DNA of 64,000 bases from an uncultured Bacteroides sp. (GTDB lineage Bacteria; Bacteroidota; Bacteroidia; Bacteroidales; GCA-2748055), in NCBI GenBank assembly GCA_964579515.1, contig CAZOHA010000002.1, positions 145,096-209,095 on the forward strand, in the 5' to 3' direction. Under the pieces are notes generated by a model. It worked only from the letters and a program-made list of their open reading frames with translations. It had not been told where the DNA came from and ran no database searches. Numbering within the stretch: the stretch's first letter is position 1; each line of letters opens with the position of its first letter. The position numbers were made by a program, and so were the translations under genes. Below, piece after piece: positions 46,607-54,795 of the stretch.

Positions 46607-47760
46607 TGGAAACCGGAGGAACCAATATTGAACATGCCAGGAGACTGGTCGATGAGTATTCCGGGCGGACAGGGCTGACCGGAAAGGAAGGGGACCGGTC
46701 GGTGCGTTATCTCTGGACCGATGCTCTTGCCGTGCAATCAATGTTCGGACTATCCCATCTGACCGGGTCGCACCACTACCTCGACCGGGCACTGGAGCTG
46801 ATGGGTACGGTACACTACCACCTCGGCAGATTTCAAAGGGAGGATTCCCGTTCGGGCTGGATCAGCGGGCTTTCTGAAGAAGAGGGAGCGAAACATCCCG
46901 CCACCGGAGGACTCCGCATCGGCAAGAGGCTTCCCGAGCGGTCGCCGGGAGAACCGGTGGATGAACATCTGGAGTGGGAACGCGACGGACAGTATTTCCA
47001 CTATCTTACCCGCTGGGCCACCACCCTGCTGCAGGCGACCGAGGAGACCGGTACCAGGAGATACGCTGATTGGGCCGGGGAACTGATCCAAGCAGGAAGC
47101 AGGTTTATTGCGGGACAGGGACGGAACCTGAGGATGTACTGGAAAATGAGTACCGATCTGTCCAATCCACTGGTGCACAGTATGGGGGCTCACGACCCGC
47201 TAGATGGGCTCCTTTGCACCCTGGCAGTTTCCAGCAAAATGGAGGAAAAACCGGACTGGCTCGATCAGGTCCGCAGGAAATTCGAAATTCTTTGTGAGGG
47301 CCGCGACTGGTATACCTCAGACCCCCTGGGAATCGGGGGACTGATGCTGGATACAGTAAGATCGGCAGTCCTCATGGAATCGGGATTAAAAGTTCCCCGA
47401 CCGGTTCATCCTGAAAAATTATTCCTCACCGCTCTGGAGAGCCTGGGGGGGTATCTGCAGAGTAACGCTGACATGCAGCATCCTGCGGGCAGCAGGCTGG
47501 CCTTCCGGGAGTGCGGGATGACCCTGGGCTACCGGGTGATCAGCGGTTTCAGTGACCTGCTCAAAGGATTACAGATTCCGTCGGACGAATTGCAAGCATT
47601 CCGCCCCATGGTCGAAACTATCGAACAGTTCTGGATGGAGCCGGCCAACCGGCAGGTGGAAAGCTGGACAGCCCACCGCAATATCAATGACATCACCCTG
47701 GCTGCAAGCCTTATAGCTGATGAGCATCCCCATGCTTTTACCGGTATCCAGGCCGAATGA
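46606..47760 (+). CDS. hypothetical protein (helical, no family recognised)
   Basis: Its ATG overlaps the upstream stop (TGATG). It is 384 aa long, with a composition and periodicity that look coding. No motif was recognised by eye. Confidence 0.5.
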   Translation: METGGTNIEHARRLVDEYSGRTGLTGKEGDRSVRYLWTDALAVQSMFGLSHLTGSHHYLDRALELMGTVHYHLGRFQREDSRSGWISGLSEEEGAKHPATGGLRIGKRLPERSPGEPVDEHLEWERDGQYFHYLTRWATTLLQATEETGTRRYADWAGELIQAGSRFIAGQGRNLRMYWKMSTDLSNPLVHSMGAHDPLDGLLCTLAVSSKMEEKPDWLDQVRRKFEILCEGRDWYTSDPLGIGGLMLDTVRSAVLMESGLKVPRPVHPEKLFLTALESLGGYLQSNADMQHPAGSRLAFRECGMTLGYRVISGFSDLLKGLQIPSDELQAFRPMVETIEQFWMEPANRQVESWTAHRNINDITLAASLIADEHPHAFTGIQAE

Positions 47761-47778
47761 GGACACCTTCTGCCAAAT

Positions 47779-47803
47779 GGATTATTTCCCCGATACAGAA
47801 ATT
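47779..47803. repeat. duplicated copy of the mnmE 3' terminus (25 nt)
   Basis: ggattatttccccgatacagaaatt compared with 49663..49686 ggattatttcccgatacagaaatt shows one extra C. The latter encodes the ...NFCIGK-stop end of mnmE. Confidence 0.85.
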
Positions 47804-49662
47804 AACTTGGATTGATTATCAGAACTTTACGATTTCTAAGCCCCGAAAAGCCCTGGGAGATCCGGAAAGTGTGTATGCATCCCACAAGCTCTCGTCTGCA
47901 TCCTCCAGTTCTCGGTGACATATAAATGATGGTCCTATCACAGGGCTCCTCGGATGGGATCGTCGCTCACAGACTCCGCCTGTGCTTTCGGGGGTAGAAA
48001 TCTGGAGAGTAGTTCTTGAGTTTCTCCTTTCGTGTCTTTACCTTCTCATCGTTCTCGTAGAAGAGGCTTTCATCGTGCTGGCTCATATCCAGACCCACAT
48101 CCTCGTAAAGGCTGGGTACGCGCATGGGCACGATCAAGTTGGTGAGCCGGTAAAGCAGGAGGGAACCGCCGAAGGCGAATCCAGACACAATCACCAGGGC
48201 GAGGAGGTGAAACAGGAAGGTGGAAGTTTCTCCATGGATCAGTCCCACATCTTCGGCAAAAATACCTGTCAGGAACATTCCTGTCATGCCTCCGATACCG
48301 TGGGCCGGGAACACATCCAGCGTGTCGTCCACTCCTCTGCGTGAGAAATAATATATCATCAGGTTACTGGCCACGGCTGCAAACCCGCCGATGAAGAGGC
48401 TAGCACCCACATTGACAAAACCCGCAGCAGGAGTAATGGCCACCAGCCCCACCACAGCCCCAATGCAGGCAGCCAGCGCAGAAGGCTTTCTTCCCTGAAT
48501 GCCGTCAAAAAAGAGATAGACCATCATGGCGGAAGCAGATGCGGTGTTCGTATTCAGAAGGGCCTTGACGGCCACATCGGATGAACCCAGTGCCGATCCT
48601 GCATTAAATCCGAACCAACCGAACCATAACAGGCCGGTTCCGAGGAGGACAAAGGGAATGTTTGCGGCATAAGACGGCCTGGTGTAGTCACGCCGGGGAC
48701 CGAAGAAGATTGCCCCTGCAAGCGCTGCCATGCCGGCCGACATGTGTACCACCGTGCCTCCTGCAAAATCCAAAACGCCCCAGTTACGAAGAAAACCGTT
48801 TGGATGCCAGGTCCAGTGGGCCAGTGGACAATAAATGAATATCATGAAAAGCACCATGAAAAGCATCAGGGCGGTAAACCTGACCCTGCCTGCAAACGAA
48901 CCGGTAAAAAGTGCGGGGGTAATAATGGCGAATTTGAGCTGGAAGAGGGCGAAGAGGGCAAACGGAATGGTGCCGGCAAAATTAGTATCCGGTGCGCCAC
49001 CTACACCTCTGAACATAAAGAATGTGGCTGGATTCCCGAAGAACCCGTACCCGTCGGCACCCACACTCTCTCCAAAGGCGAGGCTGAACCCGAACACCAC
49101 CCAGAGCACACTTATAAGGCCCATAGCAATAAAGCTCTGCAGGATGGTGGAGATCACATTTTTTGGTTTTACCATTCCCCCGTAGAAAAAGCCCAGTCCC
49201 GGGGTCATAAGGAATACGAGCGCGGTGGCGGTGAGCATCCACGCCACATCCCCGGTGTCGATGCCGGAGGTATCACCTGTGTCAAAACTGAACGGAAACA
49301 GGATACCCAGTAAAGCGATGATCGAGAATGCGATCAGGGCAACAAGCCATTTTATCTTCATGGGTCATGAAATATTAATTGGGATGCACAAATATATATC
49401 AAATGCCACATACCCCCATGAAATAAATGGGGTATTTTTCATAAAAATAGATGTAATAATATGAAACACCCCTTTTGAGACGGGGTACCGTAACAAAATG
49501 ATCTATATTGACACAGTTTTCAGGTCCTGCATATCTATGATCATATTGTATAACAAAAATATGCAGGAAATCAATACAAACTAACTTATTAGTTGTTATA
49601 ATAACCTGTAAAAGAATATACTAACTTTGTTTTACTGTGAAATGGTGGGGGGATTGTATGCC
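47804..49662. mobile_element. amt-carrying insert bracketed by the duplicated mnmE 3' end (candidate integrated cassette or island remnant)
   Basis: It lies between the two copies of the 24/25-nt repeat. It contains only amt and a ~300-nt AT-rich leader, with no recombinase. Confidence 0.35.
47967..49361 (-). CDS. amt: ammonium transporter (Amt family)
   Basis: 464 aa with 11-12 TM helices. It carries DTGDVAWML, FAGGTVVHMSAGMAALAGA, WFGWFGFNAGS and HGIGGMTG motifs. Confidence 0.92.
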   Translation of the reverse strand: MKIKWLVALIAFSIIALLGILFPFSFDTGDTSGIDTGDVAWMLTATALVFLMTPGLGFFYGGMVKPKNVISTILQSFIAMGLISVLWVVFGFSLAFGESVGADGYGFFGNPATFFMFRGVGGAPDTNFAGTIPFALFALFQLKFAIITPALFTGSFAGRVRFTALMLFMVLFMIFIYCPLAHWTWHPNGFLRNWGVLDFAGGTVVHMSAGMAALAGAIFFGPRRDYTRPSYAANIPFVLLGTGLLWFGWFGFNAGSALGSSDVAVKALLNTNTASASAMMVYLFFDGIQGRKPSALAACIGAVVGLVAITPAAGFVNVGASLFIGGFAAVASNLMIYYFSRRGVDDTLDVFPAHGIGGMTGMFLTGIFAEDVGLIHGETSTFLFHLLALVIVSGFAFGGSLLLYRLTNLIVPMRVPSLYEDVGLDMSQHDESLFYENDEKVKTRKEKLKNYSPDFYPRKHRRSL

Positions 49663-49686
49663 GGATTATTTCCCGATACAGAAATT
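49663..49686. repeat. native mnmE 3' terminus (second copy of the 24/25-nt repeat)
   Basis: See 47779..47803. Confidence 0.85.
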
Positions 49687-51066
49687 CCGGAAGATGTTGC
49701 CCAGGACCTCGTCGGTGGTCACCTCACCGGTGATCTCGCCCAGGTAGTGGAGGGCCTCGCGGATGTCCTGGGCCAGCAGGTCGGTGGGAAGGTCCGTTCC
49801 GAGTCCTTCGGAAACTCTCCGGAGTGCCTTTGCGGCTGCGCTGAGGGAGTGGTAGTGACGGATGTTGGAGATCAGCACATCCTGGTGTTTTCCCTGTCCG
49901 GTCTGGACGATCTCCAGCAGCAGTTCGGTGAGCTCATGGATCTGGAACAGGGTCTCCGCCGAGACGGGGATCATCCGTTCATGGGGATTTAACTCCAGGC
50001 GCTCTGTAAGTTCAGTGAGCCTTTCATCCGATACCCGGTCCGATTTGTTCACCACCAGCACCAGCTCTTTCCCTTTACCGGCCAGTTGATCGCGGATGGC
50101 CTCCATGGACTGCCGGATGATAGAGACATGGTCCGTGGCCTCTGTGAGCAACAACACAACGGAGGCCTGGTCGATCTTCTGGTAGGTACGCCGGATGCCC
50201 AGGTTCTCGATAGTATCGGCCGTCTCCCTGATCCCTGCCGTATCGATGAACCGGAAGGTGATCCCTCCCAGGTTGATGGTGTCCTCGATGGAATCCCGGG
50301 TGGTTCCCTCAATTTCGCTGACAATCGCTTTGTCCTCTTTCAGCAGGGCGTTCAACAGGGTGGACTTACCCACATTGGGCCTGCCGATAATGGCCACGGG
50401 GACCCCGTTTTTCAGCACATTACCGAGACGGAAGGAGTCGATGAGCTGCTCCAGGAGAGAGAGGGTCTCACCGATCAGTTCCCTGAAGGAGGTACGGTCG
50501 GCAAATTCCACGTCCTCTTCACTGAAATCGAGTTCCAGCTCGATCATGGAGATGAAATGGAGCATCCGGTCTCTCAGCTCCTGCAGCTGGCGGGAGAATC
50601 CCCCCCTGAGCTGCTGAAGCGCCACCCGGTGGGCACCTTCCGATTCGGCGGCCACCAGGTCGGCCACTGCCTCGGCCTGGGAGAGGTCCATTTTTCCGTT
50701 CAGAAAGGCACGCTGAGTGAATTCACCCGGGCCGGCCGGTTCAGCTCCATGGGTGATCAGAAGTTCCATTATCTTTTGCTGGATATAGGGCGAGGCGTGG
50801 CAGGAGATCTCCACCGAATCCTCGCCGGTATAGGAGTGTGGTGCACGGAAAATGCTCACCAGGACCTCGTCGATTATCTCTCCGTTTTCCCCGATGGTTC
50901 CGTAATGGATGGTCCATGGCGGGCGTTCGCCCAGTTTCACTTCACCGGATGCCGGAGTAAAGAGCTTCTCCATGACCGGAAAGGTGTCGGGCCCGCTGAC
51001 CCGGATCACCGCGATCGCCCCTGATCCCGGTGTGGCCAGGGCACATATGGTCTTTTCATGCAACAT
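49666..51066 (-). CDS. mnmE: tRNA modification GTPase MnmE
   Basis: The ORF was trimmed to the ATG at 51066 (MLHEKTICALATPGSGAIAVIRVSG). It has the G-domain motifs GRPNVGKSTLLNAL, DTAG and NKSD, and the C-terminal FCIGK. Confidence 0.93.
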   Translation of the reverse strand: MLHEKTICALATPGSGAIAVIRVSGPDTFPVMEKLFTPASGEVKLGERPPWTIHYGTIGENGEIIDEVLVSIFRAPHSYTGEDSVEISCHASPYIQQKIMELLITHGAEPAGPGEFTQRAFLNGKMDLSQAEAVADLVAAESEGAHRVALQQLRGGFSRQLQELRDRMLHFISMIELELDFSEEDVEFADRTSFRELIGETLSLLEQLIDSFRLGNVLKNGVPVAIIGRPNVGKSTLLNALLKEDKAIVSEIEGTTRDSIEDTINLGGITFRFIDTAGIRETADTIENLGIRRTYQKIDQASVVLLLTEATDHVSIIRQSMEAIRDQLAGKGKELVLVVNKSDRVSDERLTELTERLELNPHERMIPVSAETLFQIHELTELLLEIVQTGQGKHQDVLISNIRHYHSLSAAAKALRRVSEGLGTDLPTDLLAQDIREALHYLGEITGEVTTDEVLGNIFRNFCIGK

Positions 51067-51111
51067 GGCGAGATCCCCGGTAGTTCCTGGTGCAAAAGTA
51101 GGCAATTTTGA

Positions 51112-51597
51112 TCAATCCCGCTTCCGCCCGCCCGCGTAGCGGAGCTCAATGGTGATGTTGCTGCCGCCCGGCTCGAGGCGAAAGGTACACTCCTCGAAGC
51201 GGGGAACGGAGAGGCGGAAGGGGGGGTTGTTGGAAAATCCCCATCCTTCCCTGGGCAGCCCGAGAATCATGTCCATTTCCAGGTCACTGTTCTCATCGTC
51301 CAGGACCGTGACGGCATAGGATCCCGGTTTCAGCCCCCGAACAGTTACTTCCAGCACGCCGTCCGAGGCACCATTCTTTTCCCAGGAGTATTCGTGTTCC
51401 GGTGAACGGGGCCATCCCCCGGCCTGACTGGTGATACCAATGGCTATCTGTCCCTCGTTGTTCCGTAGACCCGTGAAGCGGATCACCAGGGGTGAGGATG
51501 GCTCAGGCTTCCCGGACCCTGTCGGCATGACCGGCAGAAGATCTGCCATGAAGAACGGCAGGATAAGCAGAAGTGTAAGATGGGATGTCCGGAGCAT
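51112..51597 (-). CDS. DUF2141 domain protein (secreted)
   Basis: It has a signal-like N-terminus. NNEGQIAIGI ... YAVTVLDDENSDLEMD ... LPREGWGFSNN matches the DUF2141 pattern. Confidence 0.55.
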   Translation of the reverse strand: MLRTSHLTLLLILPFFMADLLPVMPTGSGKPEPSSPLVIRFTGLRNNEGQIAIGITSQAGGWPRSPEHEYSWEKNGASDGVLEVTVRGLKPGSYAVTVLDDENSDLEMDMILGLPREGWGFSNNPPFRLSVPRFEECTFRLEPGGSNITIELRYAGGRKRD

Positions 51598-51618
51598 ATT
51601 TCTGCCGGGTTTTGAGCC

Positions 51619-54600
51619 TCATTCTCTCTCCAGAAACGAGATGGTGAAATAGGAAGGATCGGTGGAAGTGGCCTGAACCTTTTCCATGACCATCTCCGAG
51701 CTTCTTCCGCTGTCGTGGTTGACCGCCTCCATACGGTCGACCATATACCTCTGGTTCTTTTCTTCGAGTTCCACGAATGAGTGGTTGGTAATGGTTTTAA
51801 AGTGATCTCCGGCAAAATTAAAATATTCGGTCTTATGTACAAGATAGTTGCTTCGGTCGACCCAGGAGACCGACCTGGAGTAGCCGTAGGTTTCTTCCAG
51901 CGATGCATCGGCCGGCACCGATTCCACCAGGTGACAGTCGTGTCCGCCGATCAGCTCCGTACCGGTGATCCGGTAGGTGAAATCGTCCAATCCCGGTGCC
52001 GACATGTTGGCATTGGAGAATTCACTTCCCATGAAGCTTTTACTTTTCTCTCTGCTGACGATCCGCCTGGTCTTTCTGAGGGCCGGAAGATAGATCCACA
52101 TATCGTCGCTCTTTTCCGGATAGTCGAAAATCAGGATCCCGGTCCCCTCGACTTCCGGAGGGGCGATGAATTTGATGATCCGTTTTTCGGTGCCGTCTTC
52201 CAGTGACATGGAGGCCATGGTGTTTTTCCGGATTCGTTCATTTCCTCTGGAATCGCGGATGGTCAGGGTGGAGACCGCCTCGAAGGAGCTGACCTTTACC
52301 GCATCGTGGCTGAGTTCCATGATCTCTCTGGCATCCTGTGCGGGTGACAGCAAGGACAAAGTTGTCAGCGGTATGAGAAATACCGCGATCTTTTTCCAGG
52401 ACCGGAGCCTGCCGGTTTTTGTGCCGGACGACTGTGGGTACTTTTCACGGGACGGATCTGCTCCGGCGGAGGGCTCCAGGAAACGGGGACGGAGCAGCAG
52501 GACCAGGGAAGGAAGGATGACCAGGGCGCCCACCAGGCAGCTGAAGATCGATACCACCACCAGAAGTCCGAAAAACCGGATGGGGGTGAAGGATGAGATC
52601 AGGAGTACCACAAAGCCGACCATGACCGAGAGGGCATTGAAGATAATGCCTCTTCCCGTGGTGGTCAGTGTGGTATGGACGGCCTTCCTGTAAGATCGCT
52701 CCTTTTTCAGCTCTTCCCGGTAGCGCCAGAGGAAGTGGATCGTATAGTCGATCCCCACCCCGATCATGATGGAGGAGAGCAGTGCGGTGGCCACATCCAG
52801 CCTGACCCCCGTCCATCCCATGATTCCCAGCAGGATGACCACCGAGATGGTGACCGGGATGATCCCCAGGAACCCTGCGACGGCGGAGCGGAAGATCAGT
52901 GCCAGCAGCAGCAGGATCGTCAGCAGGGCTATCCCGAGCGACCATACGGTTCCCGTGATCACTTTGTCGGCCAGTTGCGACCTGACATAGCCGTACCCGC
53001 CGATCAGCACGAATGCCGGATCCTCTGCGGTCAATTCCCTGACCTCCTGCATGATCTTTTGGACCGATTCCCGGTTGGCATCGTTGATCCGGATCACCAG
53101 GTGGCCGTATTGATAATTGAAATCGACCAGCTGTTCCAGTTCTCCCGGATCGGCATTCATGGAATAGAGGGTCATATACTGCGCCACGGCCTCCCTTGAT
53201 GGTGGAATCTGGTCATAGAGCTTCTCACCCGGATCGTTCAGGGCTTTGCTGATCTCCCTGACCACCCCTGAAAAGGAGATGGTCTGATCGATGAATTCCA
53301 TTTTTTCCAGACGGGCACGGTACTCCTCCATTCGGTTCAACAGTCCGGGATCCAGCATGTCGCCACGAAACATCACGGAGATGTTTTCCGATCCGCCGAA
53401 TTTCGAATTGATCAGTCTGGCTGCCTGTTTGACTTCATGCTTCTCCGGAAAGAAATTTTCCTCATTGGAATCGACTTTCAGAAAAAGAATCCCCACAGCA
53501 ACGGCCAGAGTAACCAGCAGCGAGGTCAGCGGGATGATCCTTCTCCGGCGGATCACGGCCCTGGCAAACCGGTCCATCAGTTTCTTTCCCGAATTCGGGG
53601 ATCCGGCTATGAAATGGGGATGGGCCGCAGGTTTCCGGAGCAGTGAGAGCAGGGCAGGAAGTAACACCAGACTGAAAAAGATGGCGAAAAGGATCCCTAT
53701 GCCGGCCACAACGGCCATCTGCCTGGCCGGAATCATGGAGTGTGCCCACAGGGCAGAGATACCGGCAATGGTCGTGATCCCTGTCAGGGTGACCGGTTGC
53801 CAGAGTGCCCGGGTGATGCGGGCGGATATCCTTTTCATGGACCTCCCGTTCCCGGGAGTATTCAGCTCCTGATACTTGGCGATCATATGAATTCCGTAGT
53901 CATTGGCAACAGCGATCAACAGAATAGGAACCAGCAGGGTGATGATATAGAACTTCCACCCCAGAAGGGGGATGAGTGCCAGACCCACCAGCGCCGACAT
54001 CACCACCACCAGGAATGGGAGCCAGACTCCCCGCCACTCCCTGAATACCAGATAGAGAAAGATGATCATCAGGATCAGTGCAATGGGGATGAGGGTGAGA
54101 CCATCTCTCTTGATATCGCTGTCGATGGCCTGCCGGAGATAGGGAAGCCCTCCGTAATGGATCTTTTCCGGACCAGGATGAGCATTCAGCACCGAATCGA
54201 TACGGTGGAATACTTTTTCCTCATTCACCTCCTTTTCCAGAGTGGCGATCAGAGCGGTGGACCGAAAATCATCTGCCACGATCATCCTGTAAACCATATC
54301 GTTCTCCTTAATCTGGCGCCTCAACTCCTCTTTTTCTTCTTCGGTACGGGGTATGCGAAGGACGGTTGGTTCCACATACATAATACCCTCTTCGCCATGG
54401 ATCCGGTTCGATCCGAACAGAGAGTTGACCCTCTTTATCCCTTCCGCCGTCCGGATTCCCCGCTCCACTTTCTGAACTCTCCCGAGGGTTTCTTCATTCA
54501 GTATATCTTTCGCTTCGAAGATCACCATAACCTGGTCCTGGTTTCCGAAGACTGCCTCGATGGAGTCGGTGTGCACCATCGACTCCATGGTGGCCGGAAA

Positions 54601-54717
54601 GTAATTTCTCAGATCGGGATCGATTTCCAGTTTCAGCAGCATGCTGCCCATCCCCAGGGTAAAAACAACAGAGGCTGCTATGACCCACCAGCGGTTGGCA
54701 ATGATTTTTCTTTCCAT
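51619..54717 (-). CDS. MMPL/RND-superfamily exporter fused to a C-terminal LolA-like outer-membrane lipoprotein-sorting domain
   Basis: 1032 aa. It has two 6-TM bundles with large loops (the MMPL pattern). After a charged linker comes a signal-peptide-like helix (KKIAVFLIPLTTLSLLSPAQDA) and a ~240-aa domain (MWIYLPALRKTRRI, FMGSEFSNANM) typical of the normally separate lipoprotein-sorting protein. Confidence 0.8.
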   Translation of the reverse strand: MERKIIANRWWVIAASVVFTLGMGSMLLKLEIDPDLRNYFPATMESMVHTDSIEAVFGNQDQVMVIFEAKDILNEETLGRVQKVERGIRTAEGIKRVNSLFGSNRIHGEEGIMYVEPTVLRIPRTEEEKEELRRQIKENDMVYRMIVADDFRSTALIATLEKEVNEEKVFHRIDSVLNAHPGPEKIHYGGLPYLRQAIDSDIKRDGLTLIPIALILMIIFLYLVFREWRGVWLPFLVVVMSALVGLALIPLLGWKFYIITLLVPILLIAVANDYGIHMIAKYQELNTPGNGRSMKRISARITRALWQPVTLTGITTIAGISALWAHSMIPARQMAVVAGIGILFAIFFSLVLLPALLSLLRKPAAHPHFIAGSPNSGKKLMDRFARAVIRRRRIIPLTSLLVTLAVAVGILFLKVDSNEENFFPEKHEVKQAARLINSKFGGSENISVMFRGDMLDPGLLNRMEEYRARLEKMEFIDQTISFSGVVREISKALNDPGEKLYDQIPPSREAVAQYMTLYSMNADPGELEQLVDFNYQYGHLVIRINDANRESVQKIMQEVRELTAEDPAFVLIGGYGYVRSQLADKVITGTVWSLGIALLTILLLLALIFRSAVAGFLGIIPVTISVVILLGIMGWTGVRLDVATALLSSIMIGVGIDYTIHFLWRYREELKKERSYRKAVHTTLTTTGRGIIFNALSVMVGFVVLLISSFTPIRFFGLLVVVSIFSCLVGALVILPSLVLLLRPRFLEPSAGADPSREKYPQSSGTKTGRLRSWKKIAVFLIPLTTLSLLSPAQDAREIMELSHDAVKVSSFEAVSTLTIRDSRGNERIRKNTMASMSLEDGTEKRIIKFIAPPEVEGTGILIFDYPEKSDDMWIYLPALRKTRRIVSREKSKSFMGSEFSNANMSAPGLDDFTYRITGTELIGGHDCHLVESVPADASLEETYGYSRSVSWVDRSNYLVHKTEYFNFAGDHFKTITNHSFVELEEKNQRYMVDRMEAVNHDSGRSSEMVMEKVQATSTDPSYFTISFLERE

Positions 54718-54795
54718 GTATCCTATTGTTTCGGAATCTTTGTTTTGTAAACTATCTTATTAATATTCAATATTTAAACTATTATTATGTTGCAT

